A stretch of DNA of 61,072 nucleotides from Actinomycetota bacterium (GCA_030841185.1 JAVEDB010000181.1:1-61072); one strand, 5' to 3'. Shown: positions 10,007 to 18,976, numbered from the stretch's first letter. Translations and numbers: made by a program. Notes: a model not told the origin generated them from the sequence alone.

Positions 10007-10630
10007 GTGCTCGCAGCCGTCGCCGCGTTCACCGTGGCCGCTGCGCTGATCGTGCTGCTCCCCGGGCCGGACACGCTTGTCGTGGTCCGCAACCTCGTGC
10101 GCAACGGACGACGCACGGCGGCACTCACGGTCGTGGGTGTGCTCTCGGGCCTGTCCGTCTGGGTGGTGGCCGCCTCGCTCGGCCTGTCTGCCCTGCTCCG
10201 GGCCAGCCACGACGCCTACACCGTGGTCCGCCTGCTCGGGGCCTGCTACCTGCTGTGGTTGGGGATCCAGTCGCTGCGGTCCCGGACGGTGCCCCTGGAT
10301 CCACGGGTGGTCGAGACAACCTCGCGCCGGCGTGGCCTGCTGGGCGCGGGCTACGGCGCCGGACTGGCCACCGACCTGCTGAACCCCAAGGTGGGCGTCT
10401 TCTTCGTGTCCTTCCTGCCCGGGTTCGTCCCGCACGGGCACGACGTCGGCAGCACGTCGCTGGTGTTCGGCAGCATCTTCGTCGTCGAGACCGCGATCTA
10501 CTTCGCGATCCTGCTGGCCGTCGCGGGCCGGATAACCGGGTGGATGAGCAACCCAGCGATCCGGCGCCGCCTGGACCGGGCCACCGGCCTGGTGCTCGTC
10601 GGGTTCGGCCTGCGACTGGCCACTGAGTGA
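10007..10630 (+). CDS. LysE-family amino-acid exporter
   Basis: LLPGPDTLVVVRN and NPKVGVFFVSFLPGF motifs. A GTG at 10007 was chosen inside the 9881 track ORF, which overlaps xthA. Confidence 0.75.
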   Translation: MLAAVAAFTVAAALIVLLPGPDTLVVVRNLVRNGRRTAALTVVGVLSGLSVWVVAASLGLSALLRASHDAYTVVRLLGACYLLWLGIQSLRSRTVPLDPRVVETTSRRRGLLGAGYGAGLATDLLNPKVGVFFVSFLPGFVPHGHDVGSTSLVFGSIFVVETAIYFAILLAVAGRITGWMSNPAIRRRLDRATGLVLVGFGLRLATE

Positions 10631-10792
10631 GGCGCGAAACCTCCTGCTCACGCTCGCCGCTGCGCTCTCCGGGCGCGGCGTTCGGGTAAGGACATCGTCA
10701 GAACCGGTGCCCAGGTCCTATTCTCATGCGATGGTCCTCTTCCGGGTAGTGGCGCGCCCAGGTGTGCGCCAGCACGCCCGGGGGGACGCCAC

Positions 10793-11917
10793 GTGAGGCA
10801 GCAGCGACCCGGCATTCCGCGCACGGTCGGCGCCGCCGTGCCACCCACCGGGGTTGCGGCGGCCCGCGGCACCACCCGCCTGGTGAAGGTCGGCATCTCG
10901 CTCGCCGTCACCGTCACGCTGCTCATCGCCGTCCTGCCGAAGGCCGCGGGTGCCCCCTGGGCGGACATCACCGGGGTGCTGGGACAGCTGCCGCTGCTGG
11001 ACCTGGTCGGCCTGGCCGCGCTGTGGCTGCTCGGCCTCTACGCCTACACGTTCGTTCTCACCGGAGCGCTGCCCGGACTCACCCACCGGCGGGCCCTGAC
11101 GCTGAACCTCACCGGCAGCGCCGTGGCCAACCTCGTCCCCTTCGGCGGAGCCCTCGGCGTAGGCGTGAACTACTCGATGAGCCGCGGGTGGGGCTTCAGC
11201 AAGCAGGCGTTCGCCCTCTACACCCTGGTCTCCAACCTCTGGGTGATCCTCGCGAAGCTCAGCCTGCCCGCCCTCGCCATCGGCGTGCTGGTGCTCACGG
11301 ACAACGTCGCGCACCCGCGGCTCTCGGCGGCGGCGTTCGCGGCGATGTGCGTACTCATTGCTGTCGTCGCAACGGTCGTGGCCCTGCTCGCGAGCGAGCG
11401 GACGGCGGCCCGGCTGGGCAGAGCTGCCGAACGGCTCGCCGGCGCCGGGCTCCGGCTGGCGCGGCGCAGGAGAGCGGTGCACCTCGAGCAGGGCGCCGTC
11501 GCGATGCGCCGGGAGAGCATCAAGGTGCTCCGCGGGGCCTGGCCGCAGCTGTCGCTGGGGATGCTCACCTACTCCGCCCTGCAGGCGCTGCTGCTCTGGT
11601 CCTGTCTGCACCTGCTCGGGAGCACCCTGAGCCCCGCGCAGGTCTTCGCCGGCTACGCCTTGGAGCGCGTTCTCACCATGGTGATCGTGACGCCGGGCGG
11701 CGCCGGCCTCGTCGAGGTGGGCATGGCCGCTCTGCTGGTGGCCTTCGGCGGTGCGCCGGCCGTGACCGCCGCCGGGATCCTGCTCTACCGCGCCTTCACG
11801 TTCGGCATCGAGGTACCTATCGGTGGCACCGGACTACTGGTGTGGTTCTGGCGACGCAGACGGGAACGTCGCTGGACGCTGCCCGGTCCGGTCCGGGTGC
11901 TGGACGAGGCCGCCTGA
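10793..11917 (+). CDS. Lysylphosphatidylglycerol-synthase-TM-like ('flippase-like') integral membrane protein
   Basis: 374 aa and multi-TM. The LVKVGISLAVTV...LTGSAVANLVPFGGALG pattern is typical of the LPG_synthase_TM/UPF0104 family. Confidence 0.7.
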   Translation: MRQQRPGIPRTVGAAVPPTGVAAARGTTRLVKVGISLAVTVTLLIAVLPKAAGAPWADITGVLGQLPLLDLVGLAALWLLGLYAYTFVLTGALPGLTHRRALTLNLTGSAVANLVPFGGALGVGVNYSMSRGWGFSKQAFALYTLVSNLWVILAKLSLPALAIGVLVLTDNVAHPRLSAAAFAAMCVLIAVVATVVALLASERTAARLGRAAERLAGAGLRLARRRRAVHLEQGAVAMRRESIKVLRGAWPQLSLGMLTYSALQALLLWSCLHLLGSTLSPAQVFAGYALERVLTMVIVTPGGAGLVEVGMAALLVAFGGAPAVTAAGILLYRAFTFGIEVPIGGTGLLVWFWRRRRERRWTLPGPVRVLDEAA

Positions 11918-13089
11918 TGCGCATCGCGCACGTGACGGACTGCTACCTGCCCCGGCTTGGTGGCATCGAGATGCAGGTTCACGACCTCGCCGTCCGGCAA
12001 CGTCTCGCCGGGCACGACGTCGAGGTCATCACCGCGACCCAGCCGGACGACGGGGCCGCGGACCCCGCGTGGGTACGCCGAGTGCGCTCCGCCGTCGGCA
12101 ACCCCGCCGTACGCGCCGTGATCGCCGCGTCCAAGGCGCCGCAGACCTTGTCCGCACGCCGGCCCTTCGACGTGGTCCACGTCCACGCGTCCATCTGGTC
12201 ACCGCTCTCCACGGTCACCGCCATTGCCGCCACGCGGCACGGCATCCCGACGGTGTTGACGGTGCACTCGCTCTGGTCGGGGCTGGGCCCACTCCCCCGT
12301 GTCGCCGACACCACGATGCGGCTGCGGACCTGGCCGATGGCCTGGTCCGCCGTCAGCGAGGTCGCCGCCGTCCCGTTGCGCCAGATGCTCGGCCCCGACG
12401 TTCCCGTCTCCGTCCTGCCCAACGGCATCGACCCTGAGGCCTGGCGCGTCAACCCCACGCCGCGGGACAACGACGACGTGACGATCGCGAGCGTCATGCG
12501 ACTGGCCGCGCGCAAGCGACCCCTGCAGCTGTTGCGGATGCTGCGCGAGGTGCGCGACCAGGTGTCCGCCGACATCGGGATCCGCGCGGTCATCATCGGC
12601 GAGGGCCCCGAGCGGCGCACCCTCCAGCGATATGTGGCCCGCCACGGCATGGCCGGGTGGGTGAGTCTGCCGGGTCGACTGGAGCGCGGCGACATCCGCA
12701 CGGTGTTCGCGCAGTCCGACCTCTACGTCGCGCCCGCACGGCTCGAGTCGTTCGGCATCGCGGCGCTCGAGGCACGCTGCGCAGGTCTCCCGGTCGTCGC
12801 CACGGCCCGGGGAGGTGTCGGCGAGTTCGTCACCCACGGGCGTGAGGGGCTGCTCGCCGGGGACGACGGGGACATGGTGCGCGAGCTGGCCGCCCTGATC
12901 GGGTCGCGGTCCCTGCGCGCGGCGATCACCCGGCACAACCGCACGGTCCCGTCGCCGTTGAGCTGGGCAGAGACGCAGAACCGCGCGGACCAGCTGTACG
13001 ACGAGGCGATGGCCCTCGCGGGCGGCCGCCCGCGGAGCCGCGCCGGAGGGCGGGCGCAGACCCGGACGAAGGCCGAGGTGGCCGCGTGA
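11917..13089 (+). CDS. Glycosyltransferase family 4
   Basis: MRIAHVTDCYLPRLGGIEMQVHDL at the N-terminus and ESFGIAALEARCAGLPVVA (E-x7-E) at the C-terminus. The ATG shares 1 nt with the upstream TGA. The upstream part of the 775-aa track ORF is off-frame noise. Confidence 0.85.
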   Translation: MRIAHVTDCYLPRLGGIEMQVHDLAVRQRLAGHDVEVITATQPDDGAADPAWVRRVRSAVGNPAVRAVIAASKAPQTLSARRPFDVVHVHASIWSPLSTVTAIAATRHGIPTVLTVHSLWSGLGPLPRVADTTMRLRTWPMAWSAVSEVAAVPLRQMLGPDVPVSVLPNGIDPEAWRVNPTPRDNDDVTIASVMRLAARKRPLQLLRMLREVRDQVSADIGIRAVIIGEGPERRTLQRYVARHGMAGWVSLPGRLERGDIRTVFAQSDLYVAPARLESFGIAALEARCAGLPVVATARGGVGEFVTHGREGLLAGDDGDMVRELAALIGSRSLRAAITRHNRTVPSPLSWAETQNRADQLYDEAMALAGGRPRSRAGGRAQTRTKAEVAA

Positions 13090-13919
13090 GCACGCACGCC
13101 CCGGCGTACACCGTCGTGTCGTTCCACGCGCACCCCGATGACGAGGCCCTCCTCACATCGGGGTCGTTGGCGCGCGCGGCAGCGGAGGGCCACCGCGTCG
13201 TCCTCGTCGTCGCTACCGCCGGCGAGGCGGGCCTCGCGGCGACGACAGCGCGCGCGGGCGGCCTCGGGGAGCTGCGGATGGCTGAGCTGCGCCGCTCGGC
13301 CGCGGCGCTGGGTTGTGCCCGGGTGGCGCTGCTGGGCTACGACGACTCCGGGATGGCCGACATGGCGAGCTCGGCGGCCAACCGGTTCGCCGCCGCCGAC
13401 GTCGAGGAGGCAGCCCTGCGGCTGGCGGCCATCCTCGCCGAGGAGAGTGCCGACGTCCTCACCATCTACGACCCGGCCGGTGGCTACGGTCACCCCGACC
13501 ACGTGCAGGTGCACCGGGTGGGCGTGCGCGCCGCCGAGTTGGCAGGCACCCGTGTCGTCCTCGAGGCGACCGTCGACCGGACCCTGCTCAGGCGCGCCGC
13601 GCGCATCCTGCGCTGGTGTCGCACGCTGGTGCCGGGACTGGACGTGCCGCCCTTCACCGACGCGTACACCGCGCGGTGCGACCTCACGCACCGCATCGCG
13701 GTGCGCGACTACGCCGTCCAGAAGCGAGCGGCCATGGCGGCGCACGCGAGTCAGTCGAGTGCGGACGGTGGCGACCGGACGCTGGCGTTCTTCCTGCGCC
13801 TGCCGCGGCCGTTGTTCCGGCTAGCCTTCGGACATGAGTGGTACGTCGAGCGCGGCCGCCGACCCGGCGAGCGACCGCTGGACGACATGTTCGCGACGCT
13901 GACCGAGGCGGCCCGCTGA
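13086..13919 (+). CDS. PIG-L/LmbE-family N-acetylglucosaminyl deacetylase
   Basis: VVSFHAHPDDEAL...GYGHPDH motifs. The start GTG overlaps the GT4 stop (GTGA). Confidence 0.85.
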   Translation: MSTHAPAYTVVSFHAHPDDEALLTSGSLARAAAEGHRVVLVVATAGEAGLAATTARAGGLGELRMAELRRSAAALGCARVALLGYDDSGMADMASSAANRFAAADVEEAALRLAAILAEESADVLTIYDPAGGYGHPDHVQVHRVGVRAAELAGTRVVLEATVDRTLLRRAARILRWCRTLVPGLDVPPFTDAYTARCDLTHRIAVRDYAVQKRAAMAAHASQSSADGGDRTLAFFLRLPRPLFRLAFGHEWYVERGRRPGERPLDDMFATLTEAAR

Positions 13920-13920
13920 C

Positions 13921-14700
13921 ATGACGACCTTCGAACTGGAGAAGTACCTCCCGATCGGCGCGCGGGCGCGGAGCCGGCCGTTCATCCTGGGCGAGCTGTT
14001 CATCATCTCGATCCTGGTGTTCGTCTACGACCACATCCGCGACCTGGCCGACGCGCACCGGGCAGCCTCCATCGCCAGCGCCCGCTGGATCATGCAGGCC
14101 GAGCAGCAGCTGCACATCGACGTCGAGCTCCCGTCCAACCTCTGGTTGTCGGCCCACCACGAGCTGGCCGAGCTGTCCAGTTGGTACTACCAGGTGGCGC
14201 ACCTGACGGTGACGCTGCTCGTGCTGGCGTACTGCTACTGGCGACGGCCCGACACCTACCGGTCGGCGCGGAACGCCCTGGTCTCCATCAACGCCATCGG
14301 TCTGGTCATCTTCTGGCTGGTCCCGGTCGCCCCACCGCGGCTGCTGCCCGGCTACGGGTTCATCGACACGACGATCATGTCCGGCGTGGCCAACGCGGCG
14401 GGCTCAGCCGCCAACCCGTACGCCGCCATGCCCTCGCTCCACCTGGCCTGGGCCGCGTGGACCGCCGTCGTCGCGTGGCGGATGTTCCCCGGCATCTGGG
14501 CGCGAGTGGCCTGGGCGGCCTACCCGGTCCTGACGACACTCGTCGTGGTCGGGACGGGGAACCACTACCTGCTCGACGTCTTCGCGGGCGTCGCTGTCGC
14601 CGTCGTGGCCGCTCTCCTCACCGGGCTGATCCGGCCACGCCTGCGAGACAGCGAGAGGTCGCCGCAGGGCTTCCAGTTCGACGTCACCGGAGCCCGATAA
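13921..14700 (+). CDS. PAP2-superfamily membrane protein, AUR1/sphingomyelin-synthase-like (inositol-phosphotransferase type)
   Basis: The PSLH and NHYLLDV (HYxxDV) motifs sit in TM-flanked loops. The gene starts 1 nt after the PIG-L stop. Confidence 0.65.
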   Translation: MTTFELEKYLPIGARARSRPFILGELFIISILVFVYDHIRDLADAHRAASIASARWIMQAEQQLHIDVELPSNLWLSAHHELAELSSWYYQVAHLTVTLLVLAYCYWRRPDTYRSARNALVSINAIGLVIFWLVPVAPPRLLPGYGFIDTTIMSGVANAAGSAANPYAAMPSLHLAWAAWTAVVAWRMFPGIWARVAWAAYPVLTTLVVVGTGNHYLLDVFAGVAVAVVAALLTGLIRPRLRDSERSPQGFQFDVTGAR

Positions 14701-14701
14701 T

Positions 14702-15532
14702 CTACCGACGGCCGCTGTCGGCTGCGGACTGGAACAGGGTGGGACCGAGGTCGGCGGCGGGACGACCCGGGCTCCACAGGTAGCCCTGTCCGTAGCCACA
14801 TCCGTAGCCCTGCAGGGCGGCGAGCTGGCCCCGGGTCTCGATGCCCTCCGCGATGGTGAGGATGCCCAGGTCCTTGGCCAGGTCGATGATGCTGCGGACG
14901 ACCATGGCGTCGTCATCGCTGCCGCCGAGTCCCGAGACGAAGGAGCGGTCGATCTTGAGGGCGTCCACCGGGAAGCGGCTGAGGTCGTCCCATGTCGAGC
15001 CGCCGGTGCCGAAGTCATCCACGGCGACCTGGATGTTGAGCTCCTTGAGCTCGTTGACCACCCGCAGCGCCGCCTCGGGATCGTTCGTCAGAGCGCTCTC
15101 CGTCACCTCGACGCCGAGCATCGACGGATCGAGGCCGGACTGGGTCAGGGCATTCTGGACCGCCTCGACGAGCCCGGAGGCGGGCGCCATCTGGCGGGCG
15201 GAGACGTTGACCGACATGTGCAACTCATGCGCACCGGGATTCAGCTCCGCCCATGCGGCTGCCTGCCGGCAGGCCTCCAGCAGGACCCACGCTCCGATGT
15301 CCACGATGAGACCGCTGTGCTCGGCGACCGGGATGAACTCCGCCGGCGGGACCAGGCCGCGGGCCGGGTGCTGCCACCGGATCAGGGCTTCGACGCCGAC
15401 GACCTGCAGGGTGTCCAGGGACAGGATCGGCTGGTAGGCCAGCCGCAGCTGCCCGTCCGGGACCGCCGTCGCCAGGTCGGACAGCGGCGATGCCTCGGCC
15501 GCTGCCCCGCTGTTCCGCTCGTCGTCCGCCAT
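14702..15532 (-). CDS. Stand-alone EAL-domain protein (c-di-GMP phosphodiesterase)
   Basis: YQPI...GVEALIRW...DDFGTG...KIDRSF...EGIET...QGY motifs. Confidence 0.85.
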   Translation of the reverse strand: MADDERNSGAAAEASPLSDLATAVPDGQLRLAYQPILSLDTLQVVGVEALIRWQHPARGLVPPAEFIPVAEHSGLIVDIGAWVLLEACRQAAAWAELNPGAHELHMSVNVSARQMAPASGLVEAVQNALTQSGLDPSMLGVEVTESALTNDPEAALRVVNELKELNIQVAVDDFGTGGSTWDDLSRFPVDALKIDRSFVSGLGGSDDDAMVVRSIIDLAKDLGILTIAEGIETRGQLAALQGYGCGYGQGYLWSPGRPAADLGPTLFQSAADSGRR

Positions 15533-15667
15533 CTGCCTCCCATCGACATGCTCGGCGCGGATCTAGACCATTCGGTCAGACGTATCTCACCCTGACGAAA
15601 TCAGGGGGATCCGGGCGTCGGTGTGATTACGGTACGCCCTGCCGGCCCGAGGGCCGCTCATGACCCG

Positions 15668-16885
15668 CTACTCGCTGCGCAGGCTCGCGGCGAGCACCAC
15701 CCCGGCGACGACCTGGGAGGCCACGACCACTCCGACGAGCGCGGGGATGGAGTGCTCGTAAAGCAACCCGGCGAGGGCGCCGCCGAGCAGCGCGGCCGCC
15801 CCTTGGATGCCGGCGAACACGCCGTACGCCGTGGCCCGCTGCGGCGCCGCGACAAGGTCCGCGACGAGGGCCTTCACGGTCGAGTCCTGGACGCCCACCG
15901 CCGCGCCCCACACCAGCACGCCGACGACCACCACCCAGGCCTGGTGCCGGAACGCGAGGGCCGGCACCGCACTGACGAGCAGCGGCAGCGCGTAGAGGAC
16001 GCGCGCATGCCAACGGTCGTAGGCGTAACCGGTGGCGAGGGCGGCGAGGGCGGCGGCCGCCATCCCCGCGGCGTACACGACCGGGATGCCGGCCAGCCGG
16101 ACGAGGTGGGTCCGGGTGAGGTGGAAGGCGATGATCCCGAAGGTGACCAGGCCGGCCGAGGTGGCCCCCGAGGACAGCGCGAAGAGGAAGAAGGCCCGCG
16201 GGAGACCGGCGCCGACCACCGCCCGGACCACGCCCGCCTGCGGCGCCGGGACCGTCAGGTCGTGCACCGACGGGTCCGGCACCCGCATCCGCATCCAGGT
16301 CAGCAGCCCGATCGCCACCGCCCCGGGCACCGCGAGCACCGCCATCGCGGGCCAGATCACCCCCGTGACGGCGATGAGCGCGGCGACGCACAGAGGTCCG
16401 GCGAACGCGCCGATCTGGTCGAGCGCCTTGTGCACGGCGAACCCGCGGCCGCGGCCGACCGCCCCGGCGGCATGCGCGAGCAGCGCCGACTTCGACGGGC
16501 TGCGGACGGCCTTGCCCGCGCGCTCGGCGAGGATGAGGACGACGGCCAGCGTCAGCCCGGCCGCGCCGACGAACGGGGTCAGCGCGAGCAGCGGCACGCA
16601 CACGGCGGTGAGCCCGTAACCCACCAAGGTCAGCGACCAGTAGCGCCCGGTGCGGTCGGCCAGCGGGCCGAACACCAGCCGCAGGACCAGTGCTGCCGCC
16701 TCGCCGGCTCCGGTGACGAGGCCGACGACGAAGGCCGACGCGCCGAGAGAGGCCAGCAGCGGCCCGTAGATCGAGCGGGCGCCCTCATAGACCATGTCTC
16801 CGGCGAGGCTGACGACGCCGAACCCGACCACGACCCGCCACGGCGACCACCCCGCGACCGCGGTCGTGGACGGCGCCCTGGTCAC
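15668..16885 (-). CDS. MFS transporter
   Basis: 405 aa with about 12 TM segments. The start overlaps the M56 gene stop by 4 nt. Confidence 0.8.
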   Translation of the reverse strand: MTRAPSTTAVAGWSPWRVVVGFGVVSLAGDMVYEGARSIYGPLLASLGASAFVVGLVTGAGEAAALVLRLVFGPLADRTGRYWSLTLVGYGLTAVCVPLLALTPFVGAAGLTLAVVLILAERAGKAVRSPSKSALLAHAAGAVGRGRGFAVHKALDQIGAFAGPLCVAALIAVTGVIWPAMAVLAVPGAVAIGLLTWMRMRVPDPSVHDLTVPAPQAGVVRAVVGAGLPRAFFLFALSSGATSAGLVTFGIIAFHLTRTHLVRLAGIPVVYAAGMAAAALAALATGYAYDRWHARVLYALPLLVSAVPALAFRHQAWVVVVGVLVWGAAVGVQDSTVKALVADLVAAPQRATAYGVFAGIQGAAALLGGALAGLLYEHSIPALVGVVVASQVVAGVVLAASLRSE

Positions 16886-17844
16886 GTGCTCGAGGACGCG
16901 ACGGCGACGGCACTGACCGGGGGCGCGGGGCGGGCCTGCTCGAACAGGTGCTCCGCGTCACGCTGCGCCTCCACGCTCGCCGACACGGTGATGGCGACGA
17001 GGATCGCCAAGGGGAGCAGGGCCGCCGGCCGCCGGCGGGCCGGCGGCGCGAGCAGGGCCTGCACCCGGGCCACGGTCCCCGAGTCCGTGACGTCCAGCGC
17101 CAGCGTGCGCCACCCGCCGGACGGGTCCGGCGGCGAGTGCCGGCGTACGCCGACCCTGGCCAGGGCGTGCGCGACGACGGCGCGGTCGCCGGTGGTGAGC
17201 GCCGCCTCCTCGTCGGCCCATCGCTCGGTCGCGAACCGCACCGCGGGCACGACGGACCGCAGCAGCGGGTTGACCGCGACCGCCAGCTCGGTCGCCGCCC
17301 GGTAGCGATGGTGGTGATGGCGCAGGTGCGCGGCCTCATGAGCCAGCACCGCCCGGCGCTCGGCCGCGGGAAGCGCCGCGAGCAGCGACCGGGAGGCGAC
17401 GATGCGGCCGCGGGCGCCCGGCAGGGCGTAGACGTCGTCGGCGTCGTCGTCCAGGATGACCAGCTGGCCGGGTTCGCCGCCGAGGCGCAGGCAGAGCGCC
17501 CGGACCGCCAGGGTGGCGCGGCAGCGACGCAGCCCCACCCGAAGCCCGCGGGCGCCGAGCACGAGCACCGCGGCGCAGGCCAGGCCGGCGACGCCCTGGG
17601 GCACCGGGTCGAGCGCGGACAGCGAGGCCACCGACCATCGTCCGAGCTCGGCAACCGGGCGCAGCCGGCCGAGCAGGGTGAAGGCAAGCACACCGAGGAC
17701 GAAGCTCGTCGCGGCGCTGAGGACGACGGCGGCGGCGGTCAGGGCGCGGGTGGCTGTCGCGGGCGGCAGCACCCTGCTGATGGGATCGGCCGTCGCGCCG
17801 AGCAGCAGGGCCGCGAGCAGCGGGACGTAGACAGCCACTCCCAC
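16882..17844 (-). CDS. M56/M48-family (BlaR1-like) membrane metalloprotease without extracellular sensor domain
   Basis: HEAAHLRHHH (HExxH) follows four N-terminal TM helices. At only 320 aa there is no PBP/transpeptidase-like C-terminal domain. It lies immediately downstream of the BlaI-family gene. Confidence 0.8.
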   Translation of the reverse strand: MGVAVYVPLLAALLLGATADPISRVLPPATATRALTAAAVVLSAATSFVLGVLAFTLLGRLRPVAELGRWSVASLSALDPVPQGVAGLACAAVLVLGARGLRVGLRRCRATLAVRALCLRLGGEPGQLVILDDDADDVYALPGARGRIVASRSLLAALPAAERRAVLAHEAAHLRHHHHRYRAATELAVAVNPLLRSVVPAVRFATERWADEEAALTTGDRAVVAHALARVGVRRHSPPDPSGGWRTLALDVTDSGTVARVQALLAPPARRRPAALLPLAILVAITVSASVEAQRDAEHLFEQARPAPPVSAVAVASSST

Positions 17845-17846
17845 GG

Positions 17847-18215
17847 CTAGCGGGCCTGCTCTCGGCGCAGCAGGCGCCGCAGCACAGGTACGTCGGCCGG
17901 GTCGAGCTCGTCGAGAAAGCGCGCCAGGACCTGTTCACGGTCGGGCGCCGCGTCCAGACTGCGGCGCATCGCCCGGGCCTGGACCGACGAGCGGTCGGCG
18001 AGGGCATAGGTGAAGGTCCGGCCGCTGCTCTCCCGGGTGACGGCGCCCTTCTCGTGCAGGCGCGCGAGCGTCGTCATCACAGTCGTGTAGGCCAGGTGAC
18101 CCCCGAGTTGCCCGAGGACCTGCCGCGGTGTCATCGCCCCGGCGGCGAGGCTGGCCAGGACCTCGTTCTCCAGCGCACCGCGGTCGCGCCGCGTCGCCTC
18201 CCCGTCCGCCGGCAC
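17847..18215 (-). CDS. BlaI/MecI/CopY-family transcriptional repressor
   Basis: Winged-helix region LENEVLASL...TPRQVLGQL...YTTVMTTLARLHEKGAV. GTG at 18215 is preceded by GGAGG-N4. The longer track ORF would run through the operator box. Confidence 0.8.
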   Translation of the reverse strand: MPADGEATRRDRGALENEVLASLAAGAMTPRQVLGQLGGHLAYTTVMTTLARLHEKGAVTRESSGRTFTYALADRSSVQARAMRRSLDAAPDREQVLARFLDELDPADVPVLRRLLRREQAR

Positions 18216-18227
18216 CGCACCTCCAGG

Positions 18228-18251
18228 TCTACTACTAGGATGATAGTAGTG
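18228..18251. promoter_or_regulatory. Palindromic operator box TCTACTACT-N6-ATAGTAGTG (copy 1)
   Basis: Inverted ACTACT/AGTAGT half-sites, 13 nt upstream of the BlaI-family start and upstream of the divergent DedA gene. The 9+9 nt half-sites recur exactly at 44968-44991. Confidence 0.6.
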
Positions 18252-18370
18252 ATGTTCTTGTCGTCTGTCCTTGTCGCAGGCAAGTGTCGCAGCCCAGGCG
18301 ACATACCGGTTCCCGAGGAGACGCACATGTCGAACAGGCGCCACCGACGAGGCAACGGAGCCGGTCCGGG

Positions 18371-18976
18371 ATGAGCAGCCTCGTCGACAATCTCCTCAAC
18401 GTCCCGCCGGCAGTGGCCTACGCGATCATCGCCGCGCTGGTGTTCGCGGAGGCAGCCTTCTTCGTCGGGTTCGTGCTGCCCGGGGAGACCGCCGTCATCC
18501 TCGGCGGGGTGCTGGCCAGCTCCGGGCACATCTCCCTCACCTGGCTGCTCATCCTCGTCGTCGTGGCCGCGATCGTGGGGGACACGGTCGGCTACGAGGT
18601 CGGCAAGCATGTCGGCCCACGTGTGATGCAGTCCCGATTGCTCCGCCGGCACAGCCGACGCCTCGACGGCGCCCGGGAAAGTCTCCGGCGTCGCGGCGGC
18701 CTGGCGGTCTTCCTCGGCCGCTTCACCGCGTTCCTGCGGGCGGTGATGCCCGCACTGGCCGGGCTGAGCGGGATGCCGTACCTCCGCTTCCTCGCCTGGA
18801 ACGCTGCCGGTGGCCTCGTCTGGGGAGTGGGGGTCACGCTGCTGGGCTTCTTCGCCGGCGCCTCGTACAAGACGGTCGAGAAGGCCGTAGGGCGCACCAG
18901 CGCCGCGTTCCTCGTCGTACTCGTTCTTGGTGCGATCTTCGTCTGGCATCGCCGTCGGCGAAAGGCGCGCGGCTAG
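18371..18976 (+). CDS. DedA-family membrane protein
   Basis: FAEAAFFVGFVLPGETAVILGG...GRFTAFLRAVMP is typical of DedA/SNARE-associated proteins. I chose the ATG at 18371. An in-frame GTG at 18284 is an alternative start. Confidence 0.8.
   Translation: MSSLVDNLLNVPPAVAYAIIAALVFAEAAFFVGFVLPGETAVILGGVLASSGHISLTWLLILVVVAAIVGDTVGYEVGKHVGPRVMQSRLLRRHSRRLDGARESLRRRGGLAVFLGRFTAFLRAVMPALAGLSGMPYLRFLAWNAAGGLVWGVGVTLLGFFAGASYKTVEKAVGRTSAAFLVVLVLGAIFVWHRRRRKARG

Noticed and set aside
10762-11916. N-terminal 385 aa of the 775-aa plus-strand ORF
   Set aside because: It is off-frame over the flippase-like membrane gene and Arg/Pro/Gly-rich. Recognisable GT4 sequence begins only at the ATG at 11917, which is coupled to the upstream stop.
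15623-17305. 560-aa plus-strand ORF, and the 324-aa minus-strand ORF at 15627-16601
   Set aside because: Both lie antisense or off-frame to the MFS and M56 genes. Their composition is dominated by R/G/D/P/E and they have no domain signatures.
17847-18344. Long (165 aa) version of the BlaI-family ORF
   Set aside because: The extra 43 codons would run through the palindromic operator and lack similarity to the family. A GTG at 18215 with GGAGG-N4 gives a normal ~122-aa repressor.
16882-18976. Classical beta-lactam resistance module (blaI-blaR1-blaZ or mec-type)
   Set aside because: No beta-lactamase or PBP gene is adjacent. The M56 protein also lacks the penicillin-binding sensor domain.
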